64,000 bases of DNA, from the IMG/VR virus record IMGVR_UViG_3300037044_000254, one strand, 5' to 3'. The position numbers were made by a program, and so were the translations under genes. This DNA is from an uncultured virus (IMG/VR IMGVR_UViG_3300037044_000254). Its lineage: Duplodnaviria > Heunggongvirae > Uroviricota > Caudoviricetes. The notes below the pieces were generated by a model, which made no database searches, was not told where the DNA came from, and was given only the letters and a program-made list of their open reading frames with translations. Shown one piece after another: positions 20,035-29,284 of this stretch; positions within the stretch are counted from its first letter, which is position 1; each line of letters opens with the position of its first letter.

Positions 20035-20051
20035 GGCTTCCTCTCTCGCGC

Positions 20052-20282
20052 TTACTTTTTCACCGGAGGCCTCTTGATCATGCGGTCCCGGGGCGGAGCC
20101 TCCACGTCCTTGGTTACCGGTTTCGGTTCCTCTTGCACCGGTTCGACCTCCTTTACCGGTTCGACTTTCCAGCCCTGGCTCTCCAGGACCTTCTGGTCAG
20201 GCTCAAAGATGGTCCCAGGGGATAAGGTCTGTCTATTCTCCAGGTGGACCACATAGCCCTCCCTGACTCGATATAGGGCCAT
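20052..20282 (-). CDS. Small hypothetical head-associated protein
   Basis: 76 aa, ends PPRDRMIKRPPVKK. Confidence 0.55.
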   Translation of the reverse strand: MALYRVREGYVVHLENRQTLSPGTIFEPDQKVLESQGWKVEPVKEVEPVQEEPKPVTKDVEAPPRDRMIKRPPVKK

Positions 20283-20285
20283 GGT

Positions 20286-20726
20286 TTAGCTCAGGTTGAA
20301 GGCCAGGGCGTTGACCTGGGAAACCGGCAACTCCCTCGCCTGATGCAGGGTCACCAGGGCAGAAACCAAGGCGGTTTCAGCGGCCCCGACCAGCGTGGCC
20401 ACCACCCGGATATACCGTTTCCGGCCTGCCAGGTTGAGGCGGCCCACATAGACCCCGGAGGTTACCAGGGCGCCGCCGGCTATATCGGCGAAGGCGGCAG
20501 CTTCGATGTCGTCAAAGCCCTCGTCGGCGTCGGTATCGGATTCCTGCACCTTGCAGCTCAGGGTCCCGCCGTCAGAGACGGCCCCATGTTGCAGGGTCAC
20601 CAGGCCCTCCTCGAAGCCCCGACAATCAACCGCCTGACCTTCAACAGTGGTCCCGGGAGCCGCGGCGCCGGTGATCTCCTGAGGGTCGATCCCGATAGGG
20701 TGCTTGATGTTCTCGTTGCCTTTCAT
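20286..20726 (-). CDS. Capsid decoration/cement-like protein
   Basis: 146 aa beta-sandwich-like (KVQESD...KRYIRVV) right after capsid; AAGGAG RBS. Confidence 0.6.
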   Translation of the reverse strand: MKGNENIKHPIGIDPQEITGAAAPGTTVEGQAVDCRGFEEGLVTLQHGAVSDGGTLSCKVQESDTDADEGFDDIEAAAFADIAGGALVTSGVYVGRLNLAGRKRYIRVVATLVGAAETALVSALVTLHQARELPVSQVNALAFNLS

Positions 20727-20746
20727 AGTCGTTCTCCTTATAAAGC

Positions 20747-20781
20747 GGGGCCGGGGTTGGCCGATCTTCGGTCCCGGCCCC
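20747..20781 (-). terminator. GC-rich hairpin after major capsid gene
   Basis: GGGGCCGGG...CCCGGCCCC inverted repeat followed by a short T run. Confidence 0.45.
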
Positions 20782-20796
20782 TATGCGGTGATCAGG

Positions 20797-22035
20797 TTAA
20801 GCCGCGATCTTGGCGTCGCTGCACAGGCACATGCTGGCCGCATGGCGCAGGGCGATGTCCACCTGGGAGATGATGCGCACCCAGGTCTGGTCGGAGGCGA
20901 AGGCGGTCCCCGCCACATTGGAGGCCAGGATTTCGAACCCCAGCCACTGGCCAATGAGCACTTCCGCCCAGTTGCCGAAGAAGATTTCGGTGCAGTTGGT
21001 GGCTTCGCCCTTTTTCAGGTTGACCGGGGTCTGGGTGGTCATGCCGAACTTGTAGCCCAGGTAGGCTTCCAGTTGGGCATCACTGAAGGGGGCAATCACA
21101 TATTCGCCCCCGGCGTCGTTGGAGAACTGGGCGATCTTCAGCTTTTTGAGCAGGCGGCGAATCGCCGGATGGAACACGAATCCCAGGTTGCCCCGGAGGG
21201 CGTTATTCACGCTCACCTCATATTCCATGTCGGTGAAGGTGTCGAAATTCGGCAACCCGCCATTATCCCCCAGGATCACGGTATTGATGCCAGGGGTGTT
21301 GGCGATCCCCAGGGGCTGGTTTTCCGAACCGGACCCCCGCAGAGTCGCCAGGTCAACGGCCAGGCCCAGGGCGACGGCAAAGTCCTGGCGGGTCATGGCC
21401 TCGGCGCCGGGACTGGACATGCGGATCAGCTCGTTGCTCAGCTTGGTCAGAGCCGCCACCTTTTTAGGGATCATCTTGAGCTCGCCCACGGAGAGGGCGC
21501 TTTCGGTGATTTCCTTGTTTTCGCCGACCCAGTAGGCGGTGGCCCCGCCGGTCTGCCGGGTGAAGGTTACCGGGGCCCCGGTGAGGCCGTCGATGACCCG
21601 GGCCCCCATGCGGATGCAAACCGCCTCGGCCCGGAACATTTCGATGAACTCCGGCATGGCCTGAGCCGGGACCAGGTAGCCGCCGGAGCTATCGTCGCCG
21701 GTGGACAAAGCCCGGGTCTGCCGGAAGACATCGGCCTCGAACTGGGCCTTGTCCCAGTTGTTGGTGCGCATGGCATACAACGCCCGGCACAGGGAAAACT
21801 TATCCTTTTCCAGTTCCAGGCCGGCAAGGCCGGTGGCCCATTTGCGGGTCTTGACCTGGTTTTCGAACTCTTCCAGGCGCTTTTCCAGGGAGGTGTATTT
21901 CTCCTGGAGAGCCGGGAACATCTTGAAGACGTCGAGCAGTTTGATGACCTGTCCGTCCTCGGTTTTGGTTTCGAGCTGGCCCTTGACCTCCTCCAGCATG
22001 GTTTTGATTTGTTCCGCAAGTGCTGTATTCGGCAT
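20797..22035 (-). CDS. Major capsid protein, HK97 fold
   Basis: N-terminal coiled-coil delta domain; GGYLVP, AYWVGE, PKKVAAL, GSGSENQPLGI, FFGNW. Confidence 0.95.
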   Translation of the reverse strand: MPNTALAEQIKTMLEEVKGQLETKTEDGQVIKLLDVFKMFPALQEKYTSLEKRLEEFENQVKTRKWATGLAGLELEKDKFSLCRALYAMRTNNWDKAQFEADVFRQTRALSTGDDSSGGYLVPAQAMPEFIEMFRAEAVCIRMGARVIDGLTGAPVTFTRQTGGATAYWVGENKEITESALSVGELKMIPKKVAALTKLSNELIRMSSPGAEAMTRQDFAVALGLAVDLATLRGSGSENQPLGIANTPGINTVILGDNGGLPNFDTFTDMEYEVSVNNALRGNLGFVFHPAIRRLLKKLKIAQFSNDAGGEYVIAPFSDAQLEAYLGYKFGMTTQTPVNLKKGEATNCTEIFFGNWAEVLIGQWLGFEILASNVAGTAFASDQTWVRIISQVDIALRHAASMCLCSDAKIAA

Positions 22036-22046
22036 GATCTCGCTCC

Positions 22047-23045
22047 TTAGCCCGGATTGGACGGGCAGGTTAGCTGGTGCAATTCTTTGGCGCCTGCCAA
22101 GATTTCAGCCAGATTGACAGAATCCCCCGCTGGTCTCCCCCCCTGAGGCTCTTGGCCGGGGTTCAACGCGAGAGAGTAGATGCTTTGGTTAGGGGTGGCG
22201 GCAAGGCCGTCGGAGGAGGAGCTTTCGGCCGCGGTCAGAACCTGGCTGATCAGGTCCCGGGCCTGGGTCAGGGCCTCCTTGTTCTTGGCGTTCAGGACGG
22301 CGCCGGCCTTGGCAATGGCAGCCTCCACCGCGGTCTGCAGTAGGGCCGTCTGCTCATCGGAGAGGGTGAGATTGAGGCCGATGCCGGGGACCTCGGCCAG
22401 GCGCTCCTGAAGTTGTTCCACCAGATCGCAGAGGGCCGGGGTGGTTTGGTCGCTGGACGGTTCGAGGCCCAGCTTGGCCAGCCTCTGGTCGATATCGCTC
22501 AAGGGTGGATCCGAGGGAGCTTCCTTGGGGAAGCCGGCCGCCTCCTCCTGGGTGATAATTCCTTTTTGGACCGCCATCATAATGGCGTCGGGGTTGGCCG
22601 GGACTGTCACACCGCTCAGTTCGTAAAGCTCTTGCTTGAGGAAGTGCCAGCCGGTCTGCCGGCCTTCGTTCTTCTTGTCGATGATCGGTTCCCGCTCCAG
22701 GTCCTGGAAGCCCACGCTGGTCGCCTTAAGGAAGCCGCCCAGGTAGAGCCGGTAAATCGTGTCGGCAAAAGCATATTCCTCGGCGGTGGCAAACATGATC
22801 TGAAAGACCAGGGCGTCATCGGTGACCTTGACGCTTACCGCCTTGCCGATGGGTGGCATCGAATAATTGTGCCCCCAGAGAAAAACCGGGTTTTTCTTAT
22901 AGTTCTTCAGATCCCAGCCGGCTGGTTCGATGATGTCGCCGTACCGATCCACCGTGGCGGTGCTCCCGATAAACTCCAGGGTGCGGTCCTCGGGGGTGCC
23001 GACCTGCCGGACTTGAAAATCTAAAGCCTTATGAATCAATTGCAT
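22047..23045 (-). CDS. HK97-family prohead protease
   Basis: Start revised to ATG 23045; VDRYGDII, NPVFLWGHN, SVGF, ELSGVTVPANPDA. Confidence 0.9.
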   Translation of the reverse strand: MQLIHKALDFQVRQVGTPEDRTLEFIGSTATVDRYGDIIEPAGWDLKNYKKNPVFLWGHNYSMPPIGKAVSVKVTDDALVFQIMFATAEEYAFADTIYRLYLGGFLKATSVGFQDLEREPIIDKKNEGRQTGWHFLKQELYELSGVTVPANPDAIMMAVQKGIITQEEAAGFPKEAPSDPPLSDIDQRLAKLGLEPSSDQTTPALCDLVEQLQERLAEVPGIGLNLTLSDEQTALLQTAVEAAIAKAGAVLNAKNKEALTQARDLISQVLTAAESSSSDGLAATPNQSIYSLALNPGQEPQGGRPAGDSVNLAEILAGAKELHQLTCPSNPG

Positions 23046-23298
23046 GGCCTTCCTCCTTTTCGTAGACCGGGGCCTGCCATTCCACCGGGCCCGGGGCCTT
23101 TTTGTTGTGCTCGGCAAAGACCAGGAAGAATTCCCCGGTTTCCTGGTCCACGCCACTGTTCACCAGGTGGTAATTCTCCGGAATGCCGTTCGAGGTCAGC
23201 CGGGCCGCAAAGTCATGGCTACCGGTGACTCTGGCGCCGACACGAACCAGCATCTCCAAAACCCTTGGCGAAAACTTGACGCCCAGCTTCGTGGCCAT
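23029..23298 (-). CDS. Hypothetical phage protein
   Basis: Start at ATG 23298, between portal and protease. Confidence 0.5.
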   Translation of the reverse strand: MATKLGVKFSPRVLEMLVRVGARVTGSHDFAARLTSNGIPENYHLVNSGVDQETGEFFLVFAEHNKKAPGPVEWQAPVYEKEEGHAIDS

Positions 23299-23302
23299 GG
23301 AC

Positions 23303-25426
23303 TCAATCCTTCTCCAAAACGGGAATACCCACACACCGGCAGTTGATCACTTCTTCCGCCGCGCCGGCCGGGTCACAGGGGTAAGCGCAGCCATTGGGGA
23401 AAAGCTCGCCCCGTTTTATCGGCCCCAGGGACGCATTGAGCGTATGGGTTTCCCGCACCTCCCCGTCCCCGGCGGTGCCCCATTCGATTTTCTCTACCTT
23501 CAACTGGTCCATGGCCGCATCCCGGGCCGCCCCCATGGACTGGCCCGTTTCCGTGCGGGCAATGGTGAGGCTCCGGGCCTCGGTAAAATTGAAGGTGTCC
23601 CTCACCCGCTGCTGCAACTCGCTTACGGACTCCGTATTCGCTAACCCCTCCGCGAGCGTTTTCCGAAGCATCTCCCGGGTGAGGTCGTTGATCTCCACCA
23701 CCTTGATCAACTTCGTCTTGAGCACCTCCAGGGCGGCGCTGTCCTGGATGACGAAATCGCTCAGGTCGGCTCCCAGCTCGGCATAAAGGGCCTGCCCCGC
23801 TTCCTGGCCGATGTTCAGGTAGAGGGACCAGGCCACCTTTTTCAATTTGCTGTTGGCTTCGTCCAGGTCGAACAGGAGGTCGTCGGGATCAATCTTTTTG
23901 GTCGTGTTGACCTGGTTAAACAGGGCCTTGCCGCCCAGCTTGTCGGCCAGGAGCTGCAACTGGAACTTGCGCTGCTCGAAGAAATAGCGCTTGATCTTGC
24001 TCTGAAACCTCTCCTCCAGGGCGGAGCGTAGCTTGTTGTAATGCTGCCAGTAGCTCTTGGCGTCACGCTTAGTCGGGCCCGGGAGTTGGAGAGAGGCGGC
24101 CTTGAAAGGGGGCAACAAGGCCGCCTTCCCCGGTGGTGCAGGTGCGGCGGCAGGCGGCGCAGGCGGAGTTGCAGCTCCCACCGGCACCATGTTGAACGGC
24201 AGATAACCGGTGTCTCCGCCCTCGATCTGGGGGAAACCGAGCCCCAAGGTTTCATTGATGGTGTTAAAAGGCACGCCCATGCCCCAAAACTTCTGACTGG
24301 TTTCCAGGAGGGTTGCCAGGTCCTCCTTCAGGGCGTCGATGGCGGTACGGTCGAACTCGGCCCAGATCTCCGGACCTGCGAGTTTCGAGAGAAACTGGGA
24401 CCAGACGATGTTCTCAAAGAGCAACATCTTGGGGAGCAGAGTCTTGGTCCAGAAGACCTTGTCCATGGTCTTGGCGGTGGCGAAATTGATCTGCTCATAA
24501 AGCCCCAGTTCGCTCTTGGGGACTTTATAGACCGCCATGACCTCTTCGCGGTTGTATTTGCGGCCCTCCAGGAAATCCATATCCTTTTGAGAGAGGCCGG
24601 CTTCCTTGTATTTGAGTCCACCTTCCAAAAGACCAATCTGGTGAGCCTTGGAGACTCCCTGGTGCCGGTCATTAAACTGTGCCAGGATTCGGTCAAATTC
24701 ATCTGGGCTCAGGTTTTCATCAGTCTCCAGATATCCCCGAAGTTGGGCCCCATTGCGGAAAAAATTGGCGTTGTATTGGGCGGCCCAGAAATCCTGATCA
24801 ACCCCCAGCTTGGCCGCCTGGAGCGGGGAGAGGCCGCGGTAATCATCGTCCGGATTGAAGTAGCGAAAGAACAGGACCTCGTGAGGTTCCAGGGGGATTC
24901 GCTTCGTTCCTCTGGTATACACCCAGCCCCTTATCAGACCGGAGTCTTCATCAACGACATGCTGGAACCGGCTGGGATGGAAGGTCCAAATCTCCCTGGG
25001 AACTTCGGTGATGTTGCCCCGATCCAGAATATAAAAGGCCTCCCCGGTGATCCCCAGGAAAACATAGGTGGCCTCGGTTAGCTGGGCCCCGGACATCATG
25101 GGATTCGGGGTCTCCATGACCTGGACCAGGGGGCCGGTCTCCACGATCTTTTTGTTCTTGCGGCTGCCGGTACAAAAAAGGAGGGGGACGCCGGCGATGT
25201 TCTGGGCGATGGCGTTGACGCAGGCATGAACCCAGACGTGTTGCCTGTAGGGGTGCGTGACGCCGCCGAACTGTGAGGCCCAGCCGCTGAAGGTCTGGGC
25301 GAAGAAAAGGCGGTCTACATCGGGGAAAGAGGGGCCACCGGAAAGAGGGACGTCAGGTACCTGGCGCCCCACCCCAAGGCCGCTTAGTCTTTGCGCATAA
25401 TTGAACCCTCTGCGAATGAGCCCCAA
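23303..25426 (-). CDS. Portal protein fused to C-terminal MuF/head morphogenesis domain
   Basis: HK97 portal motifs (VHACVNAIAQNIA, GLSPL, LEGGLKY) then IARTE...DGEVRETH...INCRC. Confidence 0.9.
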   Translation of the reverse strand: MGLIRRGFNYAQRLSGLGVGRQVPDVPLSGGPSFPDVDRLFFAQTFSGWASQFGGVTHPYRQHVWVHACVNAIAQNIAGVPLLFCTGSRKNKKIVETGPLVQVMETPNPMMSGAQLTEATYVFLGITGEAFYILDRGNITEVPREIWTFHPSRFQHVVDEDSGLIRGWVYTRGTKRIPLEPHEVLFFRYFNPDDDYRGLSPLQAAKLGVDQDFWAAQYNANFFRNGAQLRGYLETDENLSPDEFDRILAQFNDRHQGVSKAHQIGLLEGGLKYKEAGLSQKDMDFLEGRKYNREEVMAVYKVPKSELGLYEQINFATAKTMDKVFWTKTLLPKMLLFENIVWSQFLSKLAGPEIWAEFDRTAIDALKEDLATLLETSQKFWGMGVPFNTINETLGLGFPQIEGGDTGYLPFNMVPVGAATPPAPPAAAPAPPGKAALLPPFKAASLQLPGPTKRDAKSYWQHYNKLRSALEERFQSKIKRYFFEQRKFQLQLLADKLGGKALFNQVNTTKKIDPDDLLFDLDEANSKLKKVAWSLYLNIGQEAGQALYAELGADLSDFVIQDSAALEVLKTKLIKVVEINDLTREMLRKTLAEGLANTESVSELQQRVRDTFNFTEARSLTIARTETGQSMGAARDAAMDQLKVEKIEWGTAGDGEVRETHTLNASLGPIKRGELFPNGCAYPCDPAGAAEEVINCRCVGIPVLEKD

Positions 25427-25465
25427 AGTACCATCCTGATATGGAGTGTTAAGCTATCTGGGGCC

Positions 25466-25494
25466 ATTATCCGGGGGGCTGGAAATTCCGACAA
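25466..25494 (-). promoter_or_regulatory. Putative sigma70-like late promoter
   Basis: TTGTCG-N17-GATAAT about 40 bp upstream of the portal start. Confidence 0.5.
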
Positions 25495-25737
25495 GGTGGC
25501 AAAATGGGGGTAAAATAGGGGCATTTTGGTTTAGGACGATTTTTTGAGATTTCCAGGGGGAGGGCTTATGCTCCTTCATTTAGCATTACCCCCACGACGG
25601 GGGAGAAGGCGCTCCGTCTAAGCGGGAAAGTTCTTGACTTCGCTTCTCTTTATCATAATGATATATCATCTGACGGATCGCTTGATATGAATCGTGATTC
25701 GATCAGCTCCCTTGTCGGATTTGAAAGGAGTAAGGCA

Positions 25738-25971
25738 TTGAATCCCCAGGCTGACATACCCCGATTAGTCCGAGATCTCCGTGAGCGGACGGGACTAACC
25801 CAGGAGAAATTTGCGGCCAAGCTTGGCGTGACCTTCCCAACCATCAACCGGTGGGAGAACGGTCGCGCCAAGCCATCGCCGCTGGCGTTGAAACAGATCG
25901 AGGACTTGCTTTGCAATCTCGGCGAACGAGGGCGCGACCTCCTTGAAGAGTATTTCGGGAAAGAGGAATAG
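25738..25971 (+). CDS. XRE-family HTH regulator (controller-like)
   Basis: LTQEKFAAKLGVTFPTINRWENG; probable TTG start after AAGGAG (longer start 25687 possible). Confidence 0.85.
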   Translation: MNPQADIPRLVRDLRERTGLTQEKFAAKLGVTFPTINRWENGRAKPSPLALKQIEDLLCNLGERGRDLLEEYFGKEE

Positions 25972-25973
25972 GC

Positions 25974-28088
25974 ATGGCCCAGCTTGAACACATTGAGGCC
26001 ATCGAGAAACGCCTCTGGAACGCGGCCGATACTTTGCGGGCCAATTCTAACTATGCAAGCAACGAGTACTTCCTGCCCGTGATGGGACTGATTTTTCTGC
26101 GGCACGCGTATAGCCGGTACCTTGGCGTCAAGGATGAGATCGAGGCCAACCTGCCGACCCGGGGCGGCAAGAAACGAGGCTTGACCAAAGAGGACTTCTC
26201 GCAAAAGAGCGCCATCTTCCTGCAACCCAAGGCCCAGTTCGACACCCTCGTCACCCTCACCGACAGCGATGACCGCGCCAAGGCCATTATCGAGGCCATG
26301 GAATCCATCGAGGCCGACTACAAGAACCTGCGGGGCGAGCTACCTAAGAGCGAATATCAGGAATTGGAAAATAGCGTTCTCGGCCAGCTCCTGCGCACGC
26401 TCAATCCCGATGAGCTCAAACGCGCCTCCGGCGATGTTTTCGGGCGCATCTATGAGTACTTCTTGACGCAGTTCGCCGACCTCAAGGCGCATGACAACGG
26501 CGAGTTTTTCACACCGGTCTCCCTGGTTTCTCTGATCGCCAACGTACTGGAACCGGAAGGCGGCACGGTGTTGGACCCGGCCTGCGGCTCCGGTGGCATG
26601 TTTGTGCAGAGCGCCCTCTTTGTCGAGCGGCGTCACGAGAACCCCACCGACAAGCTCACCTTCCGGGGTCTGGAGAAGAATGCCACCACCATCCGTCTGG
26701 CCAAGATGAACCTGGCCGTGCACGGGTTGGAAGGCGATATCCAAAGGGCCATCACTTATTACGAAGATCCTCACGAATTGCTGGGGAAGGCCGACTTCGT
26801 GATGGCCAATCCACCTTTCAACGTGGACGAGATCGACGCCGACAAGGTCAAGAACGACCCGCGTCTGCCGTTTGGCCTGCCCGGCGTGAACAAGAAAGAA
26901 AAGGTCTCCAACGGCAACTTCATCTGGATCAGTTATTTTTACAGCTATCTCGCCGAAGCCGGCCGCGCCGGGTTCGTCATGTCGTCCCAGGCTTCCAGCG
27001 CCGGCCGTGATGAGGCCAAGGTGCGTCAGAAACTCATCGAAACCGGCGATGTGGACCTTATGATCGCCATCCGTTCCAACTTTTTTTATACCCGCACCGT
27101 TCCTTGTGAGCTTTGGTTTCTCAATCGGGCCAAACCGGAGGAGCATCGCGACAAAGTGCTCATGATTGACGCCCGCAACATCTACCGCAAGGTCACCCGC
27201 AAGATTTATGACTTCAGCCCGGAGCAGGAGCAGAATCTCCTGGCCATTGTCTGGCTCTACCGCGGCCGGACCGAGCGCTTTCTCGACCTGGTGGCGGGCT
27301 ACTGCACCCGCCTGCTCTATGAAGGCGACGCCTGTTTCTCATATGAGGATGACGACGGCAATCTGGTCGACTCCTTGCCGGCGTTTTCTACTTCACTTGG
27401 TGCGCTGCGGCAGGCCCTCCAACCCTTCCTGAACACGCTGGGCGAAGATACGCCACCTTCGGAGGTGGCGCAGGAGCTGGACTCCGCCGCCCAAGCTTTC
27501 ACCGCTGATGTAGAGTCGTTCAAAAAGGCCGTGGAAAAGGAACAGGCGGCCTGGAAGAACCAGGCGACCACCAACGGGGCGCTGAAAGGAGCTGTTAAGC
27601 GGTTGGCGCCCCTGGCCGAAACCAGCCGCGACCTCATCAAACAGACGGACCTGATCTACAAGCTCGCCTGCCGGGTGATTGAAGCCTGTGAAAACGACTA
27701 CGACGCCCGGGACAGCGACCAGTGGGCTAACCGGGAGATCACCCGGGCCCGCAAAGCCGCCGACGAGGCCCGGCAGGCGGCCGTGGAACAGCTCAAACAG
27801 GTGCGCTATTTCCACCGCCAGGCCCACTGGCTGACGGAACGCTTCCCCGAAGCCAAGCTCCGCGATGTGGAGGGGCTGGTCAAGCTCGTGGACCGCGCCG
27901 AACTGGCAACTAACGACTGGAGCCTCACCCCCGGACGCTACGTGGGCGTGACACCCGAGGCAGAGGACGAGAACTTCGACTTCGAGGAGGCCCTGCGCGA
28001 CATTCACGTTGAGCTTGACGACCTCAACGCCGAGGCGGCCCAACTTGCTGCGAAGATCAAGAGGAACTTCGAGGAGTTGGGGGCATGA
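25974..28088 (+). CDS. hsdM: Type I R-M methyltransferase subunit M
   Basis: GEFFTP, LDPACGSGGM, ANPPFN motifs; N-terminal LWNAADTLR. Confidence 0.95.
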   Translation: MAQLEHIEAIEKRLWNAADTLRANSNYASNEYFLPVMGLIFLRHAYSRYLGVKDEIEANLPTRGGKKRGLTKEDFSQKSAIFLQPKAQFDTLVTLTDSDDRAKAIIEAMESIEADYKNLRGELPKSEYQELENSVLGQLLRTLNPDELKRASGDVFGRIYEYFLTQFADLKAHDNGEFFTPVSLVSLIANVLEPEGGTVLDPACGSGGMFVQSALFVERRHENPTDKLTFRGLEKNATTIRLAKMNLAVHGLEGDIQRAITYYEDPHELLGKADFVMANPPFNVDEIDADKVKNDPRLPFGLPGVNKKEKVSNGNFIWISYFYSYLAEAGRAGFVMSSQASSAGRDEAKVRQKLIETGDVDLMIAIRSNFFYTRTVPCELWFLNRAKPEEHRDKVLMIDARNIYRKVTRKIYDFSPEQEQNLLAIVWLYRGRTERFLDLVAGYCTRLLYEGDACFSYEDDDGNLVDSLPAFSTSLGALRQALQPFLNTLGEDTPPSEVAQELDSAAQAFTADVESFKKAVEKEQAAWKNQATTNGALKGAVKRLAPLAETSRDLIKQTDLIYKLACRVIEACENDYDARDSDQWANREITRARKAADEARQAAVEQLKQVRYFHRQAHWLTERFPEAKLRDVEGLVKLVDRAELATNDWSLTPGRYVGVTPEAEDENFDFEEALRDIHVELDDLNAEAAQLAAKIKRNFEELGA

Positions 28089-29284
28089 AATTCCGAGAAA
28101 TGGAGTTGGGGGAAGCGCTCCACATTAAGCATGGATATGCTTTCAAAGGTCAGTTTTTCTCTGACGCAGGCACGCATATTGTCCTCACACCCGGTAACTT
28201 CAATGAAGAGGGGGGATTTCGCCTGCGTCCCGGGAAAGATCGGTATTATTCAGGCAACATCCCTGAAGACTTCATTTTGGGGGAAGGAGATCTTATTGTC
28301 GCAATGACGGAACAAGGCCCTGGACTGCTTGGTAGCTCTGCAATTATCCCGGAAGATGGGCACTACCTTCATAATCAGCGGCTTGGTCTTGTCAATCACT
28401 TAGATGAATCACTGTTGGAAAAGCGGTTCTTGTACTATCTATTCAACACAAGGCCAGTCAGAGGACAAATCGATGGCAGCGCTTCCGGAACAAAAGTCAG
28501 ACATACTGCACCAGAGCGAATATATAGAGTAAAAGTTCGCATACCCGATGTTTTAGTTCAAGGTAAAATTGCCTCTATCCTCTCCGCTTACGACGACCTG
28601 ATCGAGAACAACCGGCGGCGGATTCAGTTGCTGGAACAGGCGGCGAGGCAGCTCTATCAGGAATGGTTTGTTCGCCTCCGCTTCCCCGGCCACGAACACG
28701 CCAAGACCAAAAATGGCGTGCCCGAGGGGTGGGAGAAAAGGTCGTTCTCTGATATCGCGACATTCATGAACGGCTATGCTTTTAAACCTACCCAGCTTGG
28801 TGAATCAGGACTACCAGTAGTTAAGATCCCTGAGCTACGGGATGGTCCGACATCAAAAACACCTAAAAATCCAGGGGATACGATACCTGATAAGTATGCC
28901 ATCAACACTGGAGATATTCTTTTCTCTTGGTCGGGCACTTTATGGGTCAACATTTGGAACCACGGACAAGCATTATTGAATCAGCATCTATTCAAAGTCA
29001 CCCCCAATGACCCTAATCTTCGCTCTCTTGTCTATCTTGCTCTCATTGCTGCCCTTGATTTGTTCTATAACCAAACTACCGGTGCGACTATGAAGCATAT
29101 TCGAAAGGGGGCATTGGAGAGCGTGACTACACTTGTTCCATCAACCATCTTGCTAAAGCAATTTGAGGACGCCACATTTCATATGCTCCAGCAGATTAGT
29201 GTCTTGCAGCAACAGATAGAACGCCTCCAACAGGCCCGCGACCTCCTCCTACCCCGCCTCATGAATGGAGAAATGACCGTATGA
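28085..29284 (+). CDS. hsdS: Type I R-M specificity subunit S
   Basis: Two TRDs with conserved spacers (ILSAYDDLIENNRRRI; RDLLLPRLMNGE). Confidence 0.95.
   Translation: MKFREMELGEALHIKHGYAFKGQFFSDAGTHIVLTPGNFNEEGGFRLRPGKDRYYSGNIPEDFILGEGDLIVAMTEQGPGLLGSSAIIPEDGHYLHNQRLGLVNHLDESLLEKRFLYYLFNTRPVRGQIDGSASGTKVRHTAPERIYRVKVRIPDVLVQGKIASILSAYDDLIENNRRRIQLLEQAARQLYQEWFVRLRFPGHEHAKTKNGVPEGWEKRSFSDIATFMNGYAFKPTQLGESGLPVVKIPELRDGPTSKTPKNPGDTIPDKYAINTGDILFSWSGTLWVNIWNHGQALLNQHLFKVTPNDPNLRSLVYLALIAALDLFYNQTTGATMKHIRKGALESVTTLVPSTILLKQFEDATFHMLQQISVLQQQIERLQQARDLLLPRLMNGEMTV

Larger units (their letters stand above)
1..25426 (-). mobile_element. Prophage late module (head, tail, lysis), siphovirus-like
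   Basis: Co-oriented, tightly coupled ORFs in canonical order: portal, protease, capsid, head-tail, tail tube, chaperones, tape measure, tail tip, lysis. Confidence 0.95.

Noticed and set aside
3756..25081. Many long plus-strand ORFs (e.g. 20704..22050, 24041..25081, 17245..18282)
   Set aside because: Antisense shadows of GC-rich phage genes with no recognisable motifs
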